Shown here: positions 28,202 through 37,647 of the stretch, piece after piece
Numbering within the stretch: position 1 is the first letter of the stretch
Layout of the letters: the number at the start of each line of letters is the position of its first letter
Origin: Candidatus Moraniibacteriota bacterium
Lineage (GTDB): Bacteria > Patescibacteriota > Minisyncoccia > Moranbacterales > UBA1568
Length of the DNA stretch: 64,000 nt
Direction: 5' to 3'
NCBI GenBank assembly: GCA_049287005.1
Contig: JBAQEZ010000003.1
Span: 181,958 to 245,957 of the forward strand
The notes under the pieces: generated by a model
What the model saw: only the letters and a program-made list of their open reading frames with translations
Databases searched by the model: none
Told to the model about the DNA's origin: nothing
Program-made: the position numbers and the translations under genes

Positions 28202-29289
28202 CTGGTCTGGAGCTTCTGCTCCTTGCGGAATCTTTCCATGGCCAGTCCGATCAGCCTGTCGATGAGTTCGGTATAGGGGATACCGCTCGCTTCCCACAAT
28301 TTCGGATACATGCTGATCTCTGTAAAGCCGGGGAGCGTGTTGATTTCGTTGACGATGATCTCGTCCTTATCTGTCAGGAACACATCCACTCGTCCCAGGC
28401 CCTCGCAGGAGAGGGTTTGAAATGTTTGTACGGCGAGGGTCTGTATTTTTTGCAAGACGGTGTCTGAGATCTTGGCCGGGATTTCTATGCGGGCGCCTGT
28501 TCCGTCGATATATTTGGTTTCGTAGGAATAAAACTCGTCCGCCAGCACCACTTCGCCGACCGTGGAGGCGATCGGGTCAGCGTTGCCTAAGACGGCACAT
28601 TCCAGCTCCCTGCCCTGGATATATTCTTCAATCAGGATTTTGGAATCATACTGAAATGCTGCGCGGATGCTCTCCCTGTACGCGGCTTCATTATGGGCTT
28701 TGCTCACGCCGACCGATGATCCGAGATTGGCTGGTTTGATGAAACAAGGAATGCCGATGGTTTCTCGGATGCTCTCGTACTCGGGGATGGCTTCTTCAGA
28801 GCGGAGGGCGATGAATTTCCCGATAGGCAGGTGAGCGTCGCGGAGTAGGCGTTTCATCACGTCCTTGTCTATGCCGACGGCGGAGCCCAGCACGCCCGCT
28901 CCGACGAACGGGACGTCGGCCAGCTTGAGCAATCCCTGGACAGTCCCGTCTTCTCCGAGCGGTCCGTGGAGAATGGGAAAAATAACATCGAGCGTTAGGG
29001 CGAGGGCGTCGTTCGATAGAGGGAGCATCTCGCCATGCCTTCCTGGAATTAGGGCGACGGCATTGCCCAGCTCATGCAAGGGCACGTAGGCCGGATCCCG
29101 GCTCTCCAGGAGGAAGGTTTTTTCGTCGAGCAGGTGCCACTTGCCTGATTTATCGATGCCGATCAGGATCGGGTTGTATTTCTCCTTGTCGATGGCCGTG
29201 AAAATATTCTTGGCTGATTGCAGGGAGACTTCATGCTCCGTCGATTTGCCTCCGAAGAGAATGCCGACATTGATTTTTTTCTCATGCAT
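28186..29289 (-). CDS. ddl: D-alanine--D-alanine ligase
   Basis: INVGILFGGKSTEHEVSLQSA ... ATP-grasp core ... EINTLPGFTEISMYPKLW. Confidence 0.9.
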   Translation of the reverse strand: MHEKKINVGILFGGKSTEHEVSLQSAKNIFTAIDKEKYNPILIGIDKSGKWHLLDEKTFLLESRDPAYVPLHELGNAVALIPGRHGEMLPLSNDALALTLDVIFPILHGPLGEDGTVQGLLKLADVPFVGAGVLGSAVGIDKDVMKRLLRDAHLPIGKFIALRSEEAIPEYESIRETIGIPCFIKPANLGSSVGVSKAHNEAAYRESIRAAFQYDSKILIEEYIQGRELECAVLGNADPIASTVGEVVLADEFYSYETKYIDGTGARIEIPAKISDTVLQKIQTLAVQTFQTLSCEGLGRVDVFLTDKDEIIVNEINTLPGFTEISMYPKLWEASGIPYTELIDRLIGLAMERFRKEQKLQTSYTRL

Positions 29290-29399
29290 AGCGGGTTCTG
29301 AAAAAAGTTAGTATGGAAAAATTTGAAAAGTTTTTCCAGCAGTTCTTTGGGATTTATACAGTATATCACGGCGTTCTCGATCTCTAAATCAGCATTGGT

Positions 29400-29436
29400 T
29401 AAAAAAATGCCTCGGTACGCGTTGCGCACCGAGGGC
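29400..29436 (-). terminator. Rho-independent terminator downstream of pyrC
   Basis: Minus-strand reading: GCCCTCGGTGCGCaaCGCGTACCGAGGC followed by ATTTTTTT. Confidence 0.75.
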
Positions 29437-29465
29437 TTGATTGGCGTCCATTTGGACTGAGAGGT

Positions 29466-30575
29466 TCAACTCGAGACTGCTTGCCATTCGATCGTTTCGC
29501 CGGCGCACAGGGGAACGACTTTATCGTCACCGTAGTCGTCACTCTCAGACACAGTCCATGGCTTGCGCTCGATGATGATAAGGTCATTGTTGAGCGGTAG
29601 GTCACGTGTTAGGGCGCCGTTCACGCTCATGAAGTTTTCCAGCCGGTCATCTAATGCCCCTGCCGCTTCGAAGGCTGCAACGTACATGGGGACGCTCACG
29701 GGGGCGACATAAGCTCCGGCACAGCCGCAATCCGCGAGCTTGGCTTTGCCTCTGGGGCCATGTTCCGGATGCGGGGCGGTGTCGTCGCCAGCACAGAACT
29801 TCTGGCTTCCCGACACGATTGCTTGAATGATCGCGTCCTTATCCCCGATATGTTTGTAGAGAGGCAAACAATAGCGGAAGGGCCGGAGACCGCCTTCGAA
29901 AAGGCTGTTGATGGAATACCAGAGATGTTGCGGCGTGACTGTCGCCGTCACGTTTGCAGAGGTATTCAATACGAACTGCACAGCTTCTTTTGTGGTGATA
30001 TGTTCCGCCACGAGGAGCAGGTTCGGGTGCTCTTCCACTGTCGGCACCAACTCCTCCTGGATGAAGTAGCGTTCGAGATCGAGGATGTCCGAATGCACCG
30101 CTGATTCACCGTGTACCAACAGGCGCACGCCGTACTCTGCCATAGCTGCGATGGCATCATCGACATCACGGAGACTGGGTACGCCGGCCTGGGAGCCCGT
30201 GGTGCCATGGGTGGGATTTTTCGGATAGAACTTGAAGTCCATCCCGTGCACTTTGGCGAGCCGGACATCTTCTACGGTTGTGCCCTTATGCAGGTAGACC
30301 GTCATGTGCGGAAACCGCTCGGCCCGTTCCTTCGAGAAGCCTTGTGTGATGAGGGTAGCAACGATTTCCTGGCGATAGACGAGCGCCTCGAATGGCGTCA
30401 TGATCGGCCCGGTATTGGGCATAATGGTCATCCGGGCGTAGATGCGAGCCGACTCGGCCGCGACTGCTTCCATTTGCTTCCCTCTGCGGACATGGCCGTG
30501 CCAATTGTCCGGCCGCCGCATTGAGAACTTCATAATCCGACCATCCGGATCTTGTTGCAGGACTCGCATTGCCAT
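29466..30575 (-). CDS. pyrC: Dihydroorotase, class II (E. coli PyrC-type). The likely start is the internal Met at 30533.
   Basis: IMKFSMRRPDNWHGHVRRG (HxH metal site), TIMPNTGP, LLVHGE, FVLNTSANVTATVTPQHL, and LGTDSAPH-equivalent AGDDTAPHP. The architecture is co-linear with E. coli PyrC. Confidence 0.85.
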   Translation of the reverse strand: MAMRVLQQDPDGRIMKFSMRRPDNWHGHVRRGKQMEAVAAESARIYARMTIMPNTGPIMTPFEALVYRQEIVATLITQGFSKERAERFPHMTVYLHKGTTVEDVRLAKVHGMDFKFYPKNPTHGTTGSQAGVPSLRDVDDAIAAMAEYGVRLLVHGESAVHSDILDLERYFIQEELVPTVEEHPNLLLVAEHITTKEAVQFVLNTSANVTATVTPQHLWYSINSLFEGGLRPFRYCLPLYKHIGDKDAIIQAIVSGSQKFCAGDDTAPHPEHGPRGKAKLADCGCAGAYVAPVSVPMYVAAFEAAGALDDRLENFMSVNGALTRDLPLNNDLIIIERKPWTVSESDDYGDDKVVPLCAGETIEWQAVSS

Positions 30576-30638
30576 GATTCTTTCCTTTCAGTATGGCCGA
30601 GGCTATGGGCCGGTTGTGAGATGTGCTGCGGAGATGTT

Positions 30639-31655
30639 TCACAGCATACAGGAGCCGTCGAAGACGGTGTAGGCTCGCGCAATGATACTGCGGAGCCGCC
30701 AGGGACGGAGCAGGGCAACTGATGCGATAGAAACAGAGTCCGCGCCTGCCTTTTTTAGGCGGTCGACATGGTTGGCGCAGAGAATTCCGCCACCAGCGTT
30801 GATGTGCTTCTTGAATCCCGCTTGGCGCGCTTTCCGTACCCAGACTTCTACCTCTTTCAGGAGCGGCCTGCCGGATAATCCGCCGCCACCCAAATGATCG
30901 AGCGGTGACTTGCCGGTGAAGATGCTGAGCGGAAAATAGAGTGCCTTTTGGAACCACGTCAGTGTCGACCAGGGGAACGCGTTCGTGACACAGACCCCGG
31001 CGCACTGCGGATGCTCCGAGAGCTTGACGGCCGCTTCCGGTTGCATCAAGGTGTTGATCTTGAAAACAATCTGTACGTCCGGCAAAGAGCGAGCCTGGAT
31101 TTCCAGATAGCCCAAGCCCTCTTTGAGGATGATGGCATCGGACTTCTTACCCGCTTTGACATTTGGGCAACTTATGTTGACCTGAGAGAAAAACTGGGCC
31201 AAAAATTGGTGACGGTGTTCAGAGAGCATCACACAAAAATGTTGAAATTCCGCGAGATGTATGCGCACCGTGTCTTCATCGGTGGCTCCTTTTGCGATGG
31301 ACATGAACGAAATCATGAAGGGTTGTGTCATCTTTTGCCAGATGTTCCTTCTCAGCAGAGACAGGGCGCCTGGGCCGCTGAGACCGACGGCATTGAGCAA
31401 GACGCCCAAGAGAAACTGCCAGGGACCTATGATGATGCACGCCGGTCGGAATTCCTTGGGAGTGACTCCGTCTTCTCGCATGGGCATATTGCCCTTGTTG
31501 GAGAGCAGGGTGGTGGTCTTCGCGACGAACAAGACGCCGTTAAACGTGAAGCGTTTGCCGAAGAGTTGTGTGCAGATTCGGTGGAACGGGAAGCCCTCGC
31601 CGAAGAAGTTTTGCACGCCAGACATTCCCCAGATGGGAGGCAGAAGAGTTTTCAT
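30639..31655 (-). CDS. pyrD: Dihydroorotate dehydrogenase family protein
   Basis: ISCPNV, GGLSGRPL and NAGGGI motifs of the DHOD/DHPD TIM-barrel. Adjacent to pyrC. Confidence 0.75.
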   Translation of the reverse strand: MKTLLPPIWGMSGVQNFFGEGFPFHRICTQLFGKRFTFNGVLFVAKTTTLLSNKGNMPMREDGVTPKEFRPACIIIGPWQFLLGVLLNAVGLSGPGALSLLRRNIWQKMTQPFMISFMSIAKGATDEDTVRIHLAEFQHFCVMLSEHRHQFLAQFFSQVNISCPNVKAGKKSDAIILKEGLGYLEIQARSLPDVQIVFKINTLMQPEAAVKLSEHPQCAGVCVTNAFPWSTLTWFQKALYFPLSIFTGKSPLDHLGGGGLSGRPLLKEVEVWVRKARQAGFKKHINAGGGILCANHVDRLKKAGADSVSIASVALLRPWRLRSIIARAYTVFDGSCML

Positions 31656-31833
31656 TTATTTCCCCTTTCAGGGTCAGTTAGTTGAGTTGTTAATGTGCCG
31701 CAAAACTGGGAATCCAGCTTTGGGTTATGATAGGGGAAGAGGGCTGGAGAGTCAAGAAAAAACCGCTGGCACGCTTTCTTTTTCCGGGGACTGGATATAT
31801 ACTGAGAGCCGGTTCAAAACAGCATCATTTTTT

Positions 31834-32889
31834 ATGAAAATAGCGGTACTCGTTTCGGGCGGGGTGGATAGTTCGGTGGCTTTGCGGCTGCTCCAGGAAG
31901 AGGGGCATGAACTTACGGCTTTCTATCTCAAAATCTGGTTGGAAGATGAATTGTCTTTTTTGGGTGAGTGCCCCTGGGAGGATGATTTGGCATACGTGCG
32001 CGCGGTCTGCGAGCAGGCCCACGTGCCGCTCGTCGTGGTGCCATTCCAGAAAGAATACTGGGCACGCGTCGTCGCTTATACGATCGCCGAGGCGCAGGCG
32101 GGTCGGACGCCGAACCCGGATATGCTCTGCAACGCGCGCATCAAGTTCGGCGCGTTCTATGAGGCGTTCGGGAAAAATTTCGACAAGGTGGCGACCGGGC
32201 ACTACGCCTGGACCGAGGAACGAGACGGAAAAACAGTGCTCATGATGTCACCGGATCCGATCAAGGATCAGACCTATTTCCTTTCCCAGCTGTCGCAGGC
32301 CCAGGTGGCGCAGGCGCTTTTTCCGATCGGGAAATATGAGAAACGGGAAGTGCGGGAGCTCGCTTCGGAATTCAAACTGCCGAACGCAGCGCGTAAGGAT
32401 AGCCAGGGCATCTGTTTTTTGGGCAAGATCCCCTTCGATAAGTTTCTGGAGTATCACTTGGGCAAGCACCCGGGCCAGCTGATCGAATACGAGACAAAGA
32501 AAGTGTTGGGCGGGCATGACGGCTTCTGGTATTTCACGGTTGGGCAGCGGCGCGGCATCAAACTCCACGGCGGGCCCTGGTACGTGGTAGCGAAAAAGCC
32601 CGAGACGAACGAAGTCTTCATCTCGCACGGAGAACACCACGCAGAATTAGCCCGGGATGTGTTTATCGTCGGCGGACTGAGTTGGATTGCTGGGAGTCCT
32701 CTGGAGAAAACTGAGCTGCAGGTCAAGATACGCCATGGCGCCAAGATGTATCCGGCCGCGATCGAATTTCTGGAAAATGATAAATTGCAGGTAACATTAA
32801 AAGAAAAAGACCAGGGTGTTGCCGCTGGTCAGTTCGCCGTATTGTACGACGGAAAGGAGTGTCTGGGTGGGGGAATGATTTTGGAATAA
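31834..32889 (+). CDS. mnmA: tRNA-specific 2-thiouridylase MnmA
   Basis: MKIAVLVSGGVDSSVA (PP-loop SGGxDS), the NPD-x-x-CN motif in PNPDMLCNARIKF, and C-terminal barrel domains. The track ORF 31261-32889 over-extends upstream across pyrD. Confidence 0.9.
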   Translation: MKIAVLVSGGVDSSVALRLLQEEGHELTAFYLKIWLEDELSFLGECPWEDDLAYVRAVCEQAHVPLVVVPFQKEYWARVVAYTIAEAQAGRTPNPDMLCNARIKFGAFYEAFGKNFDKVATGHYAWTEERDGKTVLMMSPDPIKDQTYFLSQLSQAQVAQALFPIGKYEKREVRELASEFKLPNAARKDSQGICFLGKIPFDKFLEYHLGKHPGQLIEYETKKVLGGHDGFWYFTVGQRRGIKLHGGPWYVVAKKPETNEVFISHGEHHAELARDVFIVGGLSWIAGSPLEKTELQVKIRHGAKMYPAAIEFLENDKLQVTLKEKDQGVAAGQFAVLYDGKECLGGGMILE

Positions 32890-33039
32890 TTTTGAATTTC
32901 TCATTTTGAATTTTGATTCAAAATTGAATAGTTTCATTCAATAAAAATTTATTCAAAATTTAAAATTAATAATTCGAATTTTATTTCGTATGAGGTAATG
33001 AGAATCTATTCAAGTAAAATAAAATATTTCGAAGTAGTA

Positions 33040-33999
33040 ATGCATGATTTCTTCACGAAAGTCGGGCGGGAGCATCTGCCGTGGCGCAGGAAGAACATCA
33101 CGGCCTACGCCGTGTGGGTGTCGGAAATCATGCTCCAGCAGACGCAAGTGAACCGCGTCACGGAATATTATGGGCGCTTTCTCAAGCGTTTTCCGACGGT
33201 GGAAACTTTGGCAGGGGCCAGCTGGGTGGAATTCCTGCCGTATTATCAGGGGCTGGGCTATTATCTGCGAGGGCGCAATATGCTGCGGACAGCGCAGACC
33301 GTCGCGACCGAGTACGGCGGGACATTTCCGCGCGACAAGCGCTTGCTCGAAACATTGCCGGGGATAGGACCGTATACGGCTGCGGCGATCATGAGCTTCG
33401 CGTACGGAGACGATCATCTGGCCTGGGATACGAACCTCAAGCGCGTCATCGGACGTTTCTTTTTTGGAGGTAAACAGCTGGTAGAGGATGAAAGTTTTTG
33501 GGAAGAGAAATTCCAAACGCCGAAGAAAACACTCAATGCGGCGCTCATGGATTTCGGGAGCGCCATCTGCGTGGCGCGGCCGAAGTGCAAGGCCTGCATG
33601 CTCCGGAGCGCTTGCGTCTATTATCGGGAGAGAGGCAGAGGCGAGATGCAAGATAAGGGGCAAGAAAGAGAGAAGAAAGAGGGAAACATTGATTGGAAGG
33701 AGGCGCGGGTATACGTTTTCCTGCACGAGAAGCATCAAAAATATTATTCTTCCAAGAAAAAAAGTTTCCAGCCGTTCATTCTGCCTGCTGGTTACAATAC
33801 GCGCACCGGCATCAAAAAATATTTCCAGGAGAAATATGGCCTGCTCCTCTCGGTCCGGCCACCGCACAAGAAAGAGGTGATCAAAGGCCAGCCGACGCTT
33901 TCGGTCAACGCGCAGATCCTGCTCGGTGAGCCGCCGTTCGGGGTATTTTCAAAAGCGAGCGTGAGGGAGTATAATAAACTCGAACCTAAAAAGCCATAA
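33040..33999 (+). CDS. mutY: A/G-specific adenine DNA glycosylase (MutY family) with a C-terminal MutT-like domain. An alternative start at 32998 is possible.
   Basis: LPWRRKNITAYAVWVSEIMLQQTQV ... HhH-GPD LPGIGPYTAAAIMSFA ... 4Fe-4S loop CVARPKCKACMLRSAC. Confidence 0.85.
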   Translation: MHDFFTKVGREHLPWRRKNITAYAVWVSEIMLQQTQVNRVTEYYGRFLKRFPTVETLAGASWVEFLPYYQGLGYYLRGRNMLRTAQTVATEYGGTFPRDKRLLETLPGIGPYTAAAIMSFAYGDDHLAWDTNLKRVIGRFFFGGKQLVEDESFWEEKFQTPKKTLNAALMDFGSAICVARPKCKACMLRSACVYYRERGRGEMQDKGQEREKKEGNIDWKEARVYVFLHEKHQKYYSSKKKSFQPFILPAGYNTRTGIKKYFQEKYGLLLSVRPPHKKEVIKGQPTLSVNAQILLGEPPFGVFSKASVREYNKLEPKKP

Positions 34000-34016
34000 A
34001 CTCATAGTTCAATGCC

Positions 34017-35075
34017 ATGCAACTCAAACACCTCAATGTTTATTTCTTTTTCTTCCTCTTGCTTTCTGTCGGGGCCGCGGTATTTTTCATTTTCCAGCCA
34101 TTTTTGACGGCCATCGTGGCGGCGGCCATCCTCGCGGCTCTTTTCAAGAAACCCTATTTTACTTTTCAGAGATGGACCCGTGGGCACAAGGGCTGGAGCG
34201 CGTTCTTCACCTGTCTGGTGGTGGTTTTTATCGTTGTGACGCCGATTTTTTTGGTACTCAGTCTGGCTATCGGTGAAGCGAACAATCTGTATCACACGCT
34301 CAGCGAGGAATCTTCGCTTGAAAAAATCATCAATCAGACCGTCGAGACAGGGCGCTCTATCCCATATCTCAATATTTTCTTTGATACGCAAACACTCAAT
34401 CAGGCTCGTATTTTGGATGATATCAAACGATTCAGTCAGAACTCCCTCGGATTGATCCAGGCCGCCTATCAGGGGATTACCAGCTTCCTCTTCTGGGTAT
34501 TTGTGATGTTCTTCACGCTCTTCTACTTTTTGATCGACGGCAAACAGATGCTCGGACATCTGATGAACTTGAGCCCTCTGCAAGATGAGCATGACAAGCT
34601 CCTGATCAAGAAATTTGTCTCTATCAGTCGCGCCACGCTCAAAGGATCAATTGTGATAGGGTTGATCCAGGGTTTTCTGGGGGGAATCACTTTTTGGATC
34701 GCCGGTATCCCATCGCCCGTTATTTGGGGATTGGTCATGGCGCTCTGCTCCATCATTCCCATGGTCGGCTCAGGCCTCATCTGGCTGCCAGCCGGTATCA
34801 TCATGTTTCTGCTCGGGGATATTTGGCAGGGAGTGTTCATCTTTGCGGTGGGCATAGGGATCATTTCCGTGATAGACAACGTCTTGCGTCCCAAGCTCGT
34901 CGGCAGAGATACGGAGATGCACCCGCTTCTGGTGCTGTTCGCGACGCTGGGCGGTATTTCTCTGTTCGGCTTGTCGGGATTCATCATCGGGCCGATTGTC
35001 GTCTCGCTCTTCATGGCTTTGGGCGAAATCTACGATATCGAGTTCCGCGATCAGCTCAAAGAGTACAACCAATAG
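34017..35075 (+). CDS. AI-2E family transporter (PerM/UPF0118)
   Basis: 8 TMs with the conserved C-terminal region GLIWLPAGIIMFLLGD ... LRPKLVGRDTEMHPLLVLFATLGG. Confidence 0.8.
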   Translation: MQLKHLNVYFFFFLLLSVGAAVFFIFQPFLTAIVAAAILAALFKKPYFTFQRWTRGHKGWSAFFTCLVVVFIVVTPIFLVLSLAIGEANNLYHTLSEESSLEKIINQTVETGRSIPYLNIFFDTQTLNQARILDDIKRFSQNSLGLIQAAYQGITSFLFWVFVMFFTLFYFLIDGKQMLGHLMNLSPLQDEHDKLLIKKFVSISRATLKGSIVIGLIQGFLGGITFWIAGIPSPVIWGLVMALCSIIPMVGSGLIWLPAGIIMFLLGDIWQGVFIFAVGIGIISVIDNVLRPKLVGRDTEMHPLLVLFATLGGISLFGLSGFIIGPIVVSLFMALGEIYDIEFRDQLKEYNQ

Positions 35076-35128
35076 TAGTTACAAGTTTGTAAAGTGAAAA
35101 AGTTTGTAAAGTATCAACTTCGAACTTT

Positions 35129-36007
35129 ATGAATTTGAAAGACTTTATGAACTCTTTTTGGCGGCATCTTCCGGAAACCATAAACCCGATCGCATTCACG
35201 GTCGGTTTTTTTTCATTGTATTGGTATGCGGTGTTTTTTCTCGGCGGCGTTTTGGGGGCCTGGTTGCTGGCGCGCTTCTGGGCGCGGAGAGGCATGGCGC
35301 CCTGCGCAGAGGAGGAAATGTTCGATGTCCTGCTGTTTCTTTTTTGCGGAGCTCTGGTGGGCGGGCGTATCGGCTATGTGCTGTTTTATAACTTCGATCT
35401 CTTTCTGGGAACCCCGCTGGCGATCATTTCTCCGTATGATTTCCAGCGCAGCGCGTGGACCGGTATTTCCGGCATGAGTTATCACGGCGGCTTGATCGGG
35501 GCGACGGCGGCCCTGTACTGGTGGGCGCGCACAAAAAATATCCCTTTTTGGAACATGGCGGATTTTGTCGCTTTGCTTGTGCCGGTGGCGACGTTTTTCG
35601 GGCGTTTGGGTAATTTTTTCAATGTGGAACTCTCCGGCAGGGTGACAACGGAGCCTTGGGGGATGCTGTTTCCTGCTATTGCGCCCAGAGGAGTCTTGCG
35701 GCATCCCTCGACGCTCTATGAAGCTTTTTTGGAAGGCATCGTCCTGTTCGTGCTCATGATGTTACTGCGTAAGAAGATGCCCTTTTCCGGGGCGCTGGCC
35801 TGCGTCTATATAGCCGGGTATGCGAGTGCGCGCTTTCTGGGGGAGTATTTCCGTGCGCCGGACGAACAACTCGGACTTTTTGCCGTTCCTCTGGCTGGCG
35901 AACTCACTGCGGGGCAGCTTTTTTCTGTTGGTATGCTCGGTATGGCGGGCGTGATTTTCGTATGGCTCAAACATCAAAATCATGTTAAACTGATACAAAA
36001 GAAGTAA
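35129..36007 (+). CDS. lgt: Prolipoprotein diacylglyceryl transferase
   Basis: YGLFYAIG-type N-terminus (YWYAVFFLGGVLGAW), GRIGYVLFY, and the Lgt signature in MSYHGGLIGATAAL ... GRLGNFFNVELSG ... PW. Confidence 0.9.
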   Translation: MNLKDFMNSFWRHLPETINPIAFTVGFFSLYWYAVFFLGGVLGAWLLARFWARRGMAPCAEEEMFDVLLFLFCGALVGGRIGYVLFYNFDLFLGTPLAIISPYDFQRSAWTGISGMSYHGGLIGATAALYWWARTKNIPFWNMADFVALLVPVATFFGRLGNFFNVELSGRVTTEPWGMLFPAIAPRGVLRHPSTLYEAFLEGIVLFVLMMLLRKKMPFSGALACVYIAGYASARFLGEYFRAPDEQLGLFAVPLAGELTAGQLFSVGMLGMAGVIFVWLKHQNHVKLIQKK

Positions 36008-36026
36008 ATTACTTTATGCATCTGGT

Positions 36027-36449
36027 ATGTTTGAAAAGTTTGAAAAGAAGACCATAGCTATTCTGCTTGGAACGCTTGTCGTTGTGGGCGGCTTGGTTTA
36101 CTGGGGGCTTCAGGATAATGGTCAGTCTCAGATAGTCGATGATCCGGATGCCATCGTGTACTATTATGGCGAAGGCTGTCCGCATTGCAAGGTGGTTCAG
36201 GATTTTCTTGATGACAATGACATCGCCGCAAAAGTCTCTTTCGAGAAGAAAGAGGTGTGGTCTGATAAGCAAAATGCTGCTGAAGTGGGTCGGCGCGCGA
36301 AGGTCTGCGGCATCAAGCCGGATGGCATGGGCGTGCCGTTCGTTTACGGTGGCGATGGGCGATGCTATATCGGCGAGCCGGATGTTATCAACTTCTTCAA
36401 AATCAAAAGCGGTATGAACACAGAGGCGCCTGCTGCAACACAAAACTGA
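36027..36449 (+). CDS. Membrane-anchored thioredoxin/glutaredoxin-like protein
   Basis: N-terminal TM, then YYGEGCPHCKVVQDFL (CPHC active site). Confidence 0.6.
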   Translation: MFEKFEKKTIAILLGTLVVVGGLVYWGLQDNGQSQIVDDPDAIVYYYGEGCPHCKVVQDFLDDNDIAAKVSFEKKEVWSDKQNAAEVGRRAKVCGIKPDGMGVPFVYGGDGRCYIGEPDVINFFKIKSGMNTEAPAATQN

Positions 36450-36462
36450 CAACAATATCCTC

Positions 36463-37452
36463 ATGAAATTACCGCTTCCTTATCAAAATCAATTTTCACA
36501 GGGTCTCTATAAGCAGAGAAAAATGCTGGATGTCGTGATGCCGCATCGACTGGTTTCTCCTGTCAGAAATACATCGCAGGATGTTCGTGCCCAGAGCGTG
36601 GACATCAAGGTGACAGCAAAGAAGCGCGGATTCGATGGTATCCGTACGGAGAAACGCGCGCTTCTCCAGCAGCTGAGGACACGGTCGTTTCAGGATATTT
36701 TATGGCGTTTGTTCCGTAAAACGGAGCTGTACTGCCGTTTCGTGAAGCGGATCATCATCTCCTTCACTCCGAATATTGCCCCGCACAAGATGCTTTATGG
36801 GTCACTGATCGGCGGGGTAGCCTTTGGCATCGTTTCCATGGGATTCATAGAACATTTTTTTGGACCAGGAGTCTTTGCTCGTTCTTCCATAGAGCAGTCG
36901 GTAGCCGTCGCGACAGGAGATCCAACTGACACGGCCACCTCGATCTCTGGAGAAAATGTTGACCTGGGGCAATCGGATCAGGGGAGCGGATCAGACATCT
37001 TTTTTGAGTATTTCAATGAAGCGGCGGATGAAAAATATAAGGAGAATGTCAAAGAGATGGTCAAGGGTTACCCGATTGAGGCCATGTTGCCGTATATTTT
37101 CGAGCAAGATCGGTTGACCGTGGCGTTTCTCATAGGTATTGCCAAGAAAGAAAGCAACTGGGGGAAGCGCGTTCCGGTGCTTGATGATCAGGATTGCTTC
37201 AATTATTGGGGCTATCGCGGGATACGCCGGATGATGGGGACGGGCGGGCACACCTGCTTCAATAGTCGTCAAGACGCCGTGGAAACGGTTGCCAAGCGCC
37301 TCAACACGCTTATCCGCTCTGAGGCACTCAATACGCCGGAAAAAATGATTGTCTGGAAATGCGGGTTCAGCTGCAGCGGGCACAGTCGCGAAAGCGTGAA
37401 AAAATGGATCAGTGATGTGGATATGTACTTCAGCCAGGTGGGCGACGAATAG
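36463..37452 (+). CDS. Membrane-anchored protein with a GH73/glucosaminidase-like domain; putative peptidoglycan hydrolase (paralog 1)
   Basis: FLIGIAKKESNWGKRVP resembles the GH73 catalytic motif (A-x-x-ESGWG-x-S). A downstream FNYWGYRG resembles the YNF/Y-x-GI motif. N-terminal TM. Confidence 0.4.
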   Translation: MKLPLPYQNQFSQGLYKQRKMLDVVMPHRLVSPVRNTSQDVRAQSVDIKVTAKKRGFDGIRTEKRALLQQLRTRSFQDILWRLFRKTELYCRFVKRIIISFTPNIAPHKMLYGSLIGGVAFGIVSMGFIEHFFGPGVFARSSIEQSVAVATGDPTDTATSISGENVDLGQSDQGSGSDIFFEYFNEAADEKYKENVKEMVKGYPIEAMLPYIFEQDRLTVAFLIGIAKKESNWGKRVPVLDDQDCFNYWGYRGIRRMMGTGGHTCFNSRQDAVETVAKRLNTLIRSEALNTPEKMIVWKCGFSCSGHSRESVKKWISDVDMYFSQVGDE

Positions 37453-37470
37453 GTGGGTATGAAAATTGGA

Positions 37471-37499
37471 AAAACACCTTCAATAAGGTGTTTTTTTGT
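37471..37499 (+). terminator. Rho-independent terminator
   Basis: AACACCTTcaatAAGGTGTT followed by TTTTTTTGTG. Confidence 0.75.
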
Positions 37500-37647
37500 G
37501 TCTGTGGATAAGATGATTGACGAAAAGCCAGAAGTTTGGTATCCTTGGGTTTCTGTTGCTAAGAGGTTTTTGCCACCTTTCTGTCTGTGTCAGGAAGAGC
37601 AAGACCTTAATCCGTAATGCTGTTTCAGGGGCAATTACAGGCTTTGA

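Noticed and set aside
31261-31833. 570-nt N-terminal extension of the mnmA ORF in the six-frame track
   Set aside because: The extension runs antisense across the pyrD coding region and has no protein-like features. MnmA homology begins at MKIAVLVSGGVDS (31834).
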